Assembly (NCBI RefSeq): GCF_001194135.2
Contig: NC_068984.1
Coordinates: 103,981,191 to 104,045,190 of the forward strand
Length of the DNA stretch: 64,000 nucleotides
DNA from: Octopus bimaculoides
Lineage: Eukaryota
Reading direction: 5' to 3'
The notes beneath the pieces were generated by a model. The model made no database searches. It worked only from the letters and a program-made list of their open reading frames with translations, and was not told the origin of the DNA. Each line of letters opens with the position of its first letter. Position 1 is the first letter of the stretch. This document shows positions 24,746 through 37,950 of the stretch, one piece after another. A program made the translations under genes and the position numbers.

Positions 24746-26656
24746 CTGGTTAAAAAGCAAAAAATGTAAGCATTAAAAAAATTTACTTTATCATCATACA
24801 TTTAATTGTAATGAAAGAAACATTATGTGATTCTAAATAAACAAATTACTGAAGTGATTGCTTTTTAATTAGTAAGGAAAAAAAACCCATTAGGAGCTAT
24901 CAAGGATAGAGAATAATGTGCACATAAACAGTCAAGATGATATGTAAGCTGTTTTGAACATAGATGTATCATTATCCATCAACTACTTTTCCATGCTTGC
25001 ATGGATTGGACAGAGTTCATTTGAGGCAGATTTTCTGTGGCTGGATGCTCTTCCTGTCTTCAACTCTCATCTGTTTCCAAGCAAGATATTTCCCTATGGC
25101 CAGACGTTCTCACAGAATATTGGAAATAAAGGACACTGCTTATATGATAGTAACATTTACAAACTTCAAGCAATGTCAAGACAAGGAGACACACCCACGC
25201 ACACACACATATACACGACAGGCTTTTAGTTTCTGTATACTAAATCCACTGACAAGGTTTTAGTCAGTCCAGTGCTATAGTAGTAGACACTTGCCAAGGT
25301 GCCACACAGAGGGACTAAATTCTGAATCATGTGGTTAGGAAGCAACTCTCTTACCACATAGCCAAATTTATACCTTATATACTCTTCAACATAATCCAAG
25401 CCAATATGTGGTCACTTGAGCTGCTAGAAATAGTAGCTGTCTTTTTCAAACTACATCCTACTATTTTAAAGAAAGGAAAAGTTTGAGGAGACCTGAAAAA
25501 AATGGAATAGTTGTGGCTGGAATCCCTGTGATCATATGTCAGCAAGATCACCAATGGCTTGGGACAAAACAATAGAATTACTTCAAACATAACTAATAAT
25601 AGTTTTCAATACACAATGAATTAGTTACTATAGTTTAACAATTAATGAACTATTACAATTGCATATTGTTAATTCTATTTTGTATCTCTTTTCAAGGTTT
25701 CAACATAACCAATATTAAACTTATAAAGGAATTGATATTCTGTACAAAATTTTTTGTTTACTATTGAAAAATTTACAAAATCATTAGTAAAACCATTATC
25801 TTGCAGGAAAAACTTGTTGAATGATTGGTATAAAGTCACTGATAACACTAGTTTTTGGCTCAGACATGCTACCTCCTCTCTCTGCCTTTTCTACCATTAT
25901 TAGAATTGCCTCTGCTCTAAGGAGTTGGTTGGGTTTATGTCACCTCTATTAGGGCATTCCCAACTCATTCATCTCTCCTCTCCCTTGTGTTCAAATCTCA
26001 CTCACTGCCAATCATTAATCACTATTCTCAGTCCTTTCTTCCTACGACACTGATCCTCTGGAACTCCCCCACTGCTCATGTCCGTTATATGTCTTTGCAA
26101 TATTTCAAAAAGAACATTAATGGCATTAATCTCCTTGGTCTCAGAAGGCCTGTGATGACCCTGAATACTGCCCCTTATTCCAGTAAAAATTAATCTCCTT
26201 TACATTACACTTTCAGTTCATGTTTTTTCCACAAGTGTTGATTTACAGAGATTCAAGAGGAACATTAATGGCATCAATCTCACTGGTCATGGAGGGCCTC
26301 TGAAGGCCCTAAACACTGTCCCATCAGCCAGAATCAACAAAAATTAAAATATTTCTTTCTCCTCGCACTCTGAGGTTTTAAAAATATGAAAGCACACATT
26401 TGCTAACTTAGTACTAGATACACTATATCTGAGTAAAAGATTAGATAATCTTGAATAGAGTACTGTTATTTAAAGATCTGCTCAAAAAAGGGTTAACTAT
26501 AACAATTGTTAGTTACTACTTTCAGCAAGACAGATTACAGTTAGTTAAACTATAAAATGTCTTCCACAACATATGCAAAGTTACAGCTCATGTTAGTTAG
26601 TTTTGCAAGTCTATATTGAAGAGTAAGTATACAAATTCTTAATAAAATAAGTTTAC

Positions 26657-26728
26657 TTTTCTGGGATTATTTGCACAGGTTCTTTAGCTGCCTCAGCGAG
26701 ATCTTCTTTAATTTTGGCCTGTCTCTTC
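26657..26728 (-). CDS. ATG16L1: ATG16L1 coding exon 7 ((R)KRQAKIKEDLAEAAKEPVQIIPE), WIPI2-binding region
   Basis: Acceptor ttcatgtag|, donor AA|gtaaac; phase 2 to 2; 72 nt; LAEAAKEP is identical to human (E226/E230). Confidence 0.95.
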
Positions 26729-28195
26729 CTACATGAAACAAGTAAAAATAAATATCACGAAACAATCCATATATTTTCATCAATACATTTGAATACTTGT
26801 TTTTAAATAATCATTAATGTTTCAAAAGCATTTATTATTTAATGAAATTATTATATTAGTTCCAATTATTCAATGTATGTAATAAATCATTTTACTTACA
26901 TAGCTGTTCAATGCTAATATGGTCCCAACACAACCTCTATGAAACAATATAAACTCAAAACCTGTGATTATACTTTGTTTATTTACACTGTACTCTTAGT
27001 AACAACATATGCTAATTCACTTCAACTCTTTAGCTGTAGTTAAGGATAAGAAAGAGAAGACTGAAGATATGTGAAGGAGAACTGTCACAGTCTCAATGAA
27101 ACAGGAAACAAAATCTTAGCATACACCAATTGTCATTACTTAAAAAGAGAGAAATTTAAAGGTGGTGGTAGTTTTGGTGAGGAGTAAGAATAGGAGAGAG
27201 AGAGAGAGATAGAGAGAGAGAGATAGAGACAGACAGACAGACAGAGAAATAAAGAAACTGAGTAAAAAATGTAAAGTAAAGAAACTGCAAGAATTGTAAG
27301 ACAGAAATTAACATAGGAAGTGATAAACAGGAGACTGAGAGGATAGAGAAAACCTAGAAGAGTTTGAGAAAATATACTGTAAAGAAAGGATTTAAAGCAT
27401 GAGGAGATAAGTGAACTGAAAAAAAAAATAGAAAGAAAATAACATTGATGGGTGGAAGTGAGAGTATAGGAGATAACAAAAGAATACAAGGTGGGGGGGA
27501 GAATAATAAATTTGAAAAGAAACAATTAGAGTAGAAATAAAATAGAATAGAAAGAGTTAAGTATAAAAGCTATGTCTGAGAGAACAAGAAATAGAGAAGT
27601 GCATGAAAGATGAAAAGGTTAACACCAACACAGACATTCTTTCAATTACTGTAGTGCAACTATAAAAGGTTTTTGTTGATTAGCTCAACCACAGAACAAT
27701 CTGATACATCTTTTATTGACTGTTATTTATCATATAGTTATCTTTTGACGTAAAAAGACTACAATTTACATCACTATACACAGAGACAAACATGACAGGC
27801 TTCCATAGAGTTTCTGCCAATCAAATTCCATTTACAAGGCATTGGTCAATCCTAAGTTATAGTAGAAGATACTAGCCCAAGGTGCCATGCAGTGAGATTG
27901 AACCTAGAACTACCTGTAACCATTATGCATACAGTCTCTCTCTCTCTCTTCCATATTTAGAGAGATGTGTATTTATGTTTTGTTTTTGCCAAGGCACAAC
28001 ACTATATATATATTTATGGTATGTTCAAGGGCTGATCAATAAGTATCCGGACTGTTGCCATAGTAACAAAGCTAAGGCACGCAGAGTGAAGCTTCCAGAT
28101 GAGAGCCATCATCAGAGGAAAAGATGAAGGATGAAGTCCATAGGCAGGCAGTTCTGCCAAATACAGTAAATTGCTTTGCTAATATCAAGTGATAT

Positions 28196-28428
28196 TAGGC
28201 AGCAAGCTGGCAGAATCATTAGCATGCCAGGCGAAATGCTTAATGGTATTTCGTCTGCTGCTACCTTCTGAGTTCAAAGTCCGCCGAGGTCAACTTTGCC
28301 TTTCATCCTCTCGGGGTTGATTAAATAAATACCAGTTACACACTGGGGTCGATGTAATCGACTTAGTCCCTTTGTTTGTCCTTGTTTGTCCCCTCTATGT
28401 TTAGCCCCTTGTGGGCAATAAAGAATTA
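28196..28428 (+). mobile_element. Near full-length SINE family 2 copy with target-site duplication, inserted in a LINE remnant
   Basis: Flanked by atatcaagtga / ataccaagtga; the homologous LINE segment at ~32190-32520 has the empty site (gtatcaagtgaaacaaaa). Confidence 0.8.
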
Positions 28429-29893
28429 AATACCAAGTGAAACAAAACTGTTTCACCCAATTTCTAAAGAGTTAAAAACCCAATGATAACATAGGTAGGA
28501 GAGTAGGCTGTATCCAGTAGCTTTCAAAAATTGTGTTAGTTGTCATTAATAGCAGAAAAGGAATTCAAGGTGAATATTGTTTGGATCGACCCAGTGACAT
28601 ATTTTCAGCCACCCTGACACATCATCAAATATGTGTGAAAATTCACCTATCCAAATGGCATTTAAGTATTTCTCAGTTTACTCTCTACTTTTTTCACACA
28701 TTTCTCTTGAATATCTTCCGTGTGCCTGAAAATCCAAAGCCTTCCAATTCAAATTCACCAAATCTAAGTCTGGAATGGGTAGCTTCCCTTACACTAAAGA
28801 CAGCAATATATTTGATCACAGTATCCAACACAGTCAATTAGAATTGGCCTAACTGGTGCACTACATTGCAGACATAGCTTCAACCATTTACCTTATTACC
28901 TGCCTGATTACACTTGAACCTTAAATGTTTGAAACTCAACAATGGAATCGATCCTTAACTGATTCCATATATAATTGATTAAAATAAAGTAAGCACAAAT
29001 TAATGAAAAAATTTTATTCATCAAGACCATTATTTTAATATCCATTATTCTTTGTTAATGTAAGACAGTGAATGGATCTGCAAAATAGACACATTCACTA
29101 CATCCCAATCATGTATCATTGTTTGTGAAGTTCACAAGTCCAATCAAATGACTTTTTTTTTTTCACATTCAGTAGACAGATCAAAGACATTATTGACCAC
29201 TTGCTTTATTAACTTACAAGTTTTCTCTTAAAAAGTCTACAATCAACACATCCTACTCAAATTGCTCCTTTCTGATCAGAGAATACAGTATTATATATAT
29301 ATATATATAAGTGCAATCTGCAGTCACATTCAACATTACATCCATTATATATCATCATCAGCTACTCAGAAGGCTTTGGTCAGCCCCTGAGTATAAGTGG
29401 AAGACACTTGCTTAAGGTGCTGAACCCAAAAGCATTTCTTGCCAATAGAAATGACAATTCCTCAAATTTGTCCATCTTGGATCTCTAGCTACCATGCTAT
29501 TAACTAATCTCGCAGCAGGTGCATCAGTTAGTTAACAGAATTTTATAAAATATACACTAAACTTCAATAGAATCTGCAATGAAATCCCTCCTTCCACTGG
29601 CATTCAGTTTTCAACATTTGTGTGATAATGTCAAGGACCAGAATGAAGAAAATCAGTACTTGTTCATTTCTATGTTAATTGCTTTACAGAGTTCAATACT
29701 GATTTTAACACACAGATATTTCAAATTAAAATTAATAGTTAAGAACAAAGAGCAGGAGAGGCTTTCATGTATGCTATTTGCTTTTCCTAGAGTCAATGAA
29801 GCTTGTCACACACACTTGCAACAATAATCATTTCTGCTTCACACTTTGATAGTATTTATAGTTTCCATTTTATAAAACTTGTCAGTATATAAC

Positions 29894-30288
29894 TGTAGCG
29901 ACGCCTTTGATAGCAGACGACATTTCTGGAAAGCTTATCCACGCATGCGCAGGGACTAGTTCTGGAAGGAACACAGGAAGAGTCTCATGCGCATGCGTAG
30001 TCATCGATATCCAAGCTTCGCGCCTTTATTCATTCTTTTTCTCGGCCGGCCGGCGAAGGGCCGAGACGTACAAGCAGCCTCTCTCCAACATTCCAACTCT
30101 GGAGCTAGACAAATAACCACCAACATCATTGACGGCGTCTCAGCAACCAAAAGGGCGAAGTGCTGCCTATTTCCTCTGTAAATAAATATTGTTGTGTTGA
30201 TAGTTCAGAATTCTGTGTTCCGTTGTTTCTTCTAGAAATTTAATGTACGGAAGCGGTACACCTAATGGTGTATAACCACTTCCCTACA
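29894..30288 (+). mobile_element. Solo LTR (Gypsy-like), 395 bp, CpG-rich
   Basis: TGTAG..CTACA inverted termini, 4-bp TSD taac at 29890-29893 and 30289-30292, AATAAA at 30181, many intact CpGs. Confidence 0.85.
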
Positions 30289-31239
30289 TAACAAATATCT
30301 TACTTCACCAAAATCTTAATTTTTTTTTTCTATTTTGTTAGTCCTAACAAAATTTCAGCTTTTTACTAATAGTAAGTATTCTTTGATATTTCGATTTATT
30401 TAATTTTCTTTCCTTAATCCTATTTTAATTCATCTGATGGCAAGCTTCCATTGACTCTAGAAAAAGCAAATAGCATAAGAGACACCTCCACCCCTGTGCC
30501 CTTGGTACTTAACTGCAATTTTTTTTTATGGAAAGGAAGTTTAATTGAAATATCTGTTAATGTGTGTGCGTGTGTGTGTGTGTAGACACACACACATGCA
30601 ATATGTAGAACTTTATATTTCAGTATATTCTTAAAAAATTTGTAACACACCAATTGTGTTACAGTATTTCAAAAGTTAAACAACTTTATTTATAAGTTTG
30701 TTCAATCTACCAAAAGAATTGATAATTGTTTTACTTTTAATAAATAAATACAATAGACTTTACTGAACTGCCATATGTTCCAACATTTTATCTATCTTTT
30801 ATGAATTTCATTGTTAGTCCAGTTTAATCACTTGTTGATATTACATATTCCTACTGTCACAGTTTTGTCAAATTTGTAAATGCTGAAATGAAGGAAAATA
30901 TCTGGAGTGGACTTTTATTTTGATTTCCACAGAAAAATAATGATATCCTACTGAATATGTTGCTTATGCAGCATTTTAAACAATTTAAATAAATATTGCA
31001 CACAATAAAGGAACCTCTGACACTATAAAACATTTTCCTTTGTTTAGTACATATACTGCAACATAAGTTTCAAAATCAATTGAAAGACTTTCAATAACAA
31101 ATGCATTTAATGAAAAAAACAAACAATCAATTCAAAGCAAATATTATATTTTAAACTGTTTTATAGAAAAAAAATTCAGTGAGTCATTATTCTTTTATTA
31201 TTCCCAGTTTTAGCCTGTAGGATGTGGCCATACTGGGGC

Positions 31240-32520
31240 AGTGCCTATTAGTTTTCTTTATTGGAACTGATCTGGAGGAATAGGTTGTGCCAATGAGCCT
31301 TACAGACTGAGACCAGTGAGATTGACATGGTTAATAATCCTTGAGAATATTTGCAAGTTAACACTTGTGGGGAACTAGTTGGTCAAGAAAGAAATTCCAG
31401 ATGACTGAAGTTTTGAGGAGCTGAACGAAGAAGTCCACAAGAAGAGGAGGGAGAGAGCTCAATGAGTGAAGAGAGATGAATCAGGAATGAGAGGAGGTGT
31501 CACACAAAAAGGCACCTCCAAGAAGCAGAGGCCATTATACTAGAAGAAAGACAGAGTTAGAAGACAAGCACATCTGCAAACCAGAAGTGGGAGAGCATTG
31601 CTAAGTGACATCATGCTAATCACTTAGGTGGTCTTTTTTTTTTAGAGATTTACTACTATATTTGTATATGTAACAGCACCACTATTCCAGATGTGAAAGC
31701 AGTACTTCATTGCAAGTTTCATTTGAGCATTATAAAGGCTAGTGGTTGCTGGTGGCTGAAATACTGTCTAGTCCTGAAGGAGTAAGCAAGTCTGCAATGC
31801 AGTGTTTGCTATTTTGAGGATGTGTGTGAAATTCCTGTATTGACGTGGGATAGTAATTGCGTCTTTGAGCTGTTCAATGAGACAAGATTTGAAGGGACAG
31901 CGTCAGAGGGTGATTACACGGTCTCTGTTCATGGAATCAGTGCAAGTTTGGCATGAGATGTTTTAATTGTATGTGGATGACACTCGAGTACAAAAGGTTA
32001 GGGTACAATGAAGGATGGTATCATCTACATAGGTATTGCTGGACTTGATGGCAAATAACATTGATGTAGAGGAAGAAGAGCGAGGGAGAAAAAACAAACT
32101 TTATGGCACATGAGTAGAAAGAAACTCCTTTAGCATGTGCTGTTATGTTTCCACCTGACAGGAAGCCTCTGATCTAAGAGATGAAACATGAATGGAGTCC
32201 ATAGAAGGCAGTTTTGCCAAGAGATCTGCATGCCAGACAGTAAATTGTTTTGCTGGTATCAAGTGAAACAAAAACGTTTTTGCCCAACTTCTAAAGAATT
32301 AAAAGCCCACTGATGACAAAAGTATGAAAGTATCCAATAGATACAACCTTTCAAAAATTGTATTGTTGTCATTAATAGCAGAAAAGGAATTCAAGGTGAA
32401 TATAGTTTGGGTAGACATATTTTCAACCATTCTGACATATATCATCAGATATATGTGAAAATGCACCTATTCATATAGTATTTAAGTCTCCTCAGTACAC
32501 TCTTTATTATTTTCACACAT
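31240..32520 (-). mobile_element. Decayed CR1/L2-type LINE RT region
   Basis: Reverse strand contains a YVDDT (YxDD-like) motif at ~32010-32025; 32190-32520 is homologous to 28130-28700. Confidence 0.55.
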
Positions 32521-33969
32521 TAATCTTTTACATTACATTTCTGTACAAAAAGCAGTTGTCTTTCTTGATTGTAATAACCAATACCTCTAATATATGATTA
32601 CTTTCTCCATAAATTCCTGTTGTATATTCAATACTGTTTTTAATCTCCAGCATTCATTGAACAACCTCATACCTCTGATACATGGAATCACATAAACAAC
32701 ACTTTATACTAACAAAGTATTATTTTCAAGTCAGTTTTCAAGACTTTTATTTTGTTACTTTATTAAACTTACCCATCTACTGAGAGTTTTCTTCCTACTT
32801 TTGTTCCTCTTGCAGAATCTATTAACTAGCATTACTATACTCAATATTAATTCAAGAAACACATTTCAATCCCAGCACAGACAATGTGGTTCTCAGTATT
32901 CTGTTTGTTTCCAAGTAAACCTAGTTCTCACTCTCATTTTGCTAACATGTGTTATAGATGGCAACATCACATCATAAGCGATAAGTCCAGTATTTTTAAA
33001 GTAACTTCATAGACTAAATGTACTTACAGGGAATTTGTAGCTAATATAGGCTAATATGATCTTGCCTCTCAATAACCAAAACATTAAACTCATCAATCAT
33101 CATCATTATCATTTAATGTCCACCTTCCATGTTGGCATGGGTTGAACAATTTGACAGGATCTGATGAACCAGAGGATTGAATCAAGCTCCAGTGTCTTCT
33201 TTGGCATACTTTCTACAGTTTGCTGCCCTTCCTAATGCCAACAACCACTTTACAGTATGTACTAGGTGCTTTTTTTTATCAAGGAGTTGACAATAGTGAG
33301 GTCATTGAGTAACTAGCAAGACAAAAAAAAGCCCCCTCAACCGAGAGGGGTTGTAGAAGAGATGAAGATGGCATTATGCCAGATGTTGAACAGCTAAAGC
33401 ATGATAGAAAGACAGGCACAGAGATACAAGGCTACTCTGCTCCACTCCATTTACACCCAACAATCCTCATATAATTTGAGATGAGCATGTATCTCCTCCA
33501 TAGAAACAAACTTACTTCAACCACACAACACCTCACATAAAGCCACCTCCTTTTCTACTATTCTCTTTCTCAGTTGAGGGAGCTCTTTTGTCTTGTGAGT
33601 GATTGGTGATAGGAAGGTCATCCAGTTACAGAAATCATGCCAAAATTGAGACAGTATAAGACATGGTCCTATGACCCACTGGATTCTGTTGAATTGTTTC
33701 ACCCATGCTGGTATAGAAAACAGACATGAAATGTAAATGCTGATGATGGTCTAGAGTTCACTGAATGAAATCTCTTTATACTATGACAATTAGAATAGAC
33801 ATGAAATCATTTACTTGACAACAATAAGAACACCACTCTTCTATAAGCATTGATACCCAAATAAAACCCTAGGATGGGAGACAATCAACTGGAAAGTTGC
33901 AATCCAGACAACTTGGGAAAAACTGAAATGTGAATATCTAAAATGTGCTTTTGAAAAAAAAAAATGTAC

Positions 33970-34130
33970 CTCAATATTTTGTCGTTCTCTTCATTGAGTT
34001 TGTCAGCATCCTTTGATTTCTGTTGCATCCACCGTTCAACAAGGTCACGATTATCTTCTTGGCACTTACGGTACTTCTCCTCAAGAGCAGTAAAAGCTAA
34101 TTGTAAAGCTTGATGCTCATCTTTCAGCAT
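33970..34130 (-). CDS. ATG16L1: ATG16L1 coding exon 6 ([53 protein letters not shown](R)), conserved coiled coil
   Basis: ORF track 33885..34130; strong match to human [54 protein letters not shown]; acceptor aatctag|, donor AG|gtacat; phase 0 to 2; 161 nt. Confidence 0.96.
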
Positions 34131-36458
34131 CTAGATTAATAAACAAGATGAATTTGCATGTATTAACTGAAATAAGAAGTGGAAAAGCAGTTTCTTGAGT
34201 GGGGGAATTTTATGTATGTAAAAATTTAAAATGAAATTACAAAAGAACATCTAGACATTTTTAGTTCCCTATCTTAAGTAGTAAAGCTATAATTGTTAGT
34301 AACCTTTTCAGGTCACAAGTTCTATATATTCTTTAAAGTAACAATTTATAAGGAGATCAATCTGAATTTTTTCTCCTCGTTAGGTCTTTGGCAATCACTC
34401 CTTTTCAATAAAATAAATATTTTTATTAGCAATCTCTATTTTGTCAAAAAAAACAAAAAAAAAAACAACGGTATGTGACTGACTGACGAAGACACTCAAA
34501 TATATTGCAACCACTAGTCCACATACATGTTGTTTCTTCTCTCTAACCACTAAGTACCATGTCATTTCAGCACAAGCTCACTAATTCCATACTATCCAAT
34601 ACTCCCTCTCCAAAATCTACAAACACTTCAGGAATTCTCCTTTTGCTCACATTTTTTTTCCTTTTGGCTTCCAATGTCTGGAACTTCAAACCAAACATCA
34701 TAATTTAAAAACTATGCTAAACCATTTTACAAGGAAAATTCCTTAATGTTTTTGCTTTATTTTGAAATGCATCTATAAAAATATATTATTTAAAAATGAA
34801 ACTAATATTTCTTATTTCAGTTTTCATTTTTCAGATAAACATGACTTGTATGTCGGATTTAACAGTGTAAAGGAAAGATAATATCTTAAGGAAATCTCTA
34901 TGAATTTCAGTAAGCCAACTGAAAATTTTCCTCTTCATTCATGGCTGACTATAAACTATTGTACACTTCACCTTTTACACCACACAGGTAAAACTGCAAC
35001 TGAACAGACATAAACAAGACACTGTACATGCTAAAAATAATTTATATTATAATCAATACAGAAGAGCAGGAAGTAGTGAACTGATAGTCCTAATTATCTT
35101 ACGTTGAAAAACAGTGGTGCATGGCCTAGTGATTAGGGTGTTTATTCATAATCACGAGATAGTGGGTTCAATTCCTTGACTGGGCTGTGCATTGTTCTTG
35201 AGCAAAACACTTCATTTCACATTGTTCTGCAACCACTATTACACCTGATGCCTGGCACATCATGCACCTGTACAGGCATTGTCAGTCTGATTGAGGGAGT
35301 GAACTCAGTGCAGCACAAACATTTGATCATAAACAAATCATCTGTGTATGTTGTTCAGCAAGAAATTGGAGAACTATCTTTCTTGGGCTCAAGAGACGAC
35401 CATTATTATCATATATTGAAAAACAGTAATGATTAGGGAACATTTATAAGGTTAATTACATTAATAAATTGATACATGATCTAAAACCTAAGGGACTTGA
35501 TTTTCTTTTCTTTCATCTCAACCCTGTCAAAGTATCTACATATTTTCAATAATGCTATTTACTTATTGTGCAAATGCTGTTTTTATATAAATCAGACTTT
35601 TTGTCAATTATCTGCCCTTCTGACTGCACATTCATCACAACCCACTACTCTTGGTCTGTTTGAATAATTAGACATGCACAAATTATGCAAACTAATCTTA
35701 GTTATGTTCTCAACTAAACTATATATATAAAAAAAAATCTCTAAGGCATAAAATATTCATCTTTAAACAGTTGCTAACACTCCAGTCAGAAATGGATCAC
35801 TGCTTACAGATCTTCAATAACACAACCACCATATTCAGCTACACATTGCACTATGTCAAACTTTGCTCTTCATTTTTCTCTCTGAATACTCCCCCATGAC
35901 AATAATATCCTCTTTACAAACTCTATATTAACAATGAAAAAAGCCAGTTGTCTTGCCTCTTCCCATTTCACCTACACCCACAATGCTTCAACAGAGAACC
36001 TCACATCATAAAGCTGAACTTCTGTGGTACTTGTTTATTGTCTATGTTTTTACTAACTACTACTAAGTTGTAGTTGTTTAATTAAAATATAACACTAACC
36101 TGCCCATTTAACCCGAACCCTCAAACAGGAAAATTTTAAAATTTCATTTTTTTCAGGAGTTAAACTTCACTTAACTTTTGACAAAAATAAAATCACAGCT
36201 AATCTTCTGAAATAAAAGATGTGTTTTTTTTTTTTTTTAACCCAAGACACATAATTAGATAATCTTTTAAAATATAGCTGCATGATTTACTACATTAAAA
36301 TTTGAATGAATGAAACAAAACTAGCCACAAAAATTAGAAAAACAAGCAAAAGTCAACAGAATAATTAGCATCACATAATTTAAACACATTGGCCAAATAC
36401 ATGGTTATAAAAGCGTAGTGTAGAAAATTAAAGAAAGAAACAGTATTAGAAACATTAC

Positions 36459-36549
36459 TTGGTTGGTTGCTTCAAGTTCTAAAATAGTTTGTTCTAAATT
36501 TTTATTTGCTGATCGGAGACCTCCATTCATAGCTTCAACCTCTAAAATC
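36459..36549 (-). CDS. ATG16L1: ATG16L1 coding exon 5 (ILEVEAMNGGLRSANKNLEQTILELEATNQ)
   Basis: Acceptor ttttatttag|, donor CAA|gtaatg; phase 2 to 0; 91 nt; LE..NQ matches human DLERANQ. Confidence 0.9.
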
Positions 36550-37279
36550 CTAAATAAAACAAAAACTTGATGTAAATCAATTCTTTTAATGTTTTACATT
36601 GTTCCCCGACCCCACAATCTAACATTTCTGCATATTAAGAAAATGGTAGATATTTTCAGTACAGATAGCTGACACTTTTTACCATGGGACAATGACAGTT
36701 AAGTCTCATGCATAAGAACAAAACAACTCTTGAGACTATATTTCATGCTTTGTAGAATAAAACCTTTATTTCTATTGCTTACTGTGACAACCTTAATACA
36801 ATCCTCATTATTTTAATATCAAGATTGCACAAATTTTAATAAAGCAACTTTAATGCAACTTGATCTTATGTGCTTGTCCCAACATTCTCACTTCTTCCAC
36901 TTCTACAAGTATTTTCTGCCAGCAATTTTTTGGCACTCTCATTTCTCTAGTACACATTGTTCAAAGCGTTTCATATCCCATCACTTGCTCCAAAATTCAT
37001 TCTGTATATATGTCATTTTAAAAGACAAATTATTATACTCAGTTCCCTTGAGGGTCAATATAATAAGTACCAATCAAGTACTGGGATAGATGTAATTGAC
37101 TAACACCCTTCTCACAAATTTCCGACCTTCTGGCTATTTTACAAAATAATATTCAGTATATTCAGGATTTTTCAGTCTTAAATGTACTCCACATTATTCA
37201 TATGATATCTTAAATTATTAATATTGCAATGTTTTATACTTTATGCATTACTGAAATATTACCAATAAATCCAACTTAC

Positions 37280-37353
37280 TTTGCCTGCACGCTCTGCAGT
37301 TGTTTTTCTTTTTCTTGTAGTGCATTGTTGAGATTGACAATTTGAAGTGCATG
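37280..37353 (-). CDS. ATG16L1: ATG16L1 coding exon 4 (HALQIVNLNNALQEKEKQLQSVQA(K))
   Basis: Acceptor tcttattacag|, donor AA|gtaagt; phase 0 to 2; 74 nt; matches human [25 protein letters not shown]. Confidence 0.92.
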
Positions 37354-37418
37354 CTGTAATAAGAAACATCAGTAACTAAAACTGCCAAAAAAAATAATCT
37401 TCCAAAAAACAAGTAATA

Positions 37419-37950
37419 CAGTTCTATATTTAAAAGATGAGGAAATATGTACATTATTTAAATTTGACAGATATTTGTCCTCATCTTGTTTGTTGTTAAT
37501 ATGTTTCAGCTGATATACCCTCCAGCCTTGATCAGGTGTCTTGGGGAAATTTCGAACCTGGGTTTTCATTCCCAAGGTATTTTTCAATGTTATTATTATT
37601 ATTATTACTATTATTATTCAGCTCACTGCCTGGAATTAAACTCGGAATCTTGGGGTTAGAAGCCTGTGCTTTTAACCACTACACCATATACCTGTGAGCA
37701 ATTATGGAATCCATAATTGCCCACAGGCATATGGCATAGTGGTTAAGAGTGTGGGCTACTAACCCCAAGATTCCGAGTTCGATTCCAGACAGTGACCATA
37801 ATAATAATATCGAAAAATACCTTAGGTATGAGAACCCAGGTTCGAAATTTCCCCAAGACATCTGATGAAGGCTGGAGGGTATATCAGCCGAAATGTGTTA
37901 AAAACAAACAAGACGAGGACAAATACCCGTCAAATGTAACTAATGTAAAA
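37419..37950. mobile_element. Two head-to-head copies (B minus, C plus) of the tRNA/hammerhead SINE-like element, forming a ~500-bp palindrome centred at 37709
   Basis: Centre gcaattatgga-a-tccataattgc; arms are diverged reverse complements; copy C has A box 37732-37742, B box 37777-37786 and hammerhead core 37857-37899; copy B core 37497-37540. Confidence 0.9.

Noticed and set aside
29894-30288. CpG-rich patch first read as a host gene promoter or first exon; ORFs 29907..30116 and 29987..30181
   Set aside because: TG..CA ends with a TSD show it is a solo LTR; the ORFs resemble no known protein
32145-32200. Possible hammerhead remnant (ccacctgacagga..gaaacatg)
   Set aside because: The core does not fit CUGANGA and no UH site is present
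37726-37797. tRNA-Ser(ACT)-like sequence as a functional tRNA gene
   Set aside because: Weak acceptor and anticodon stems, and it is the head of a multi-copy SINE-like element
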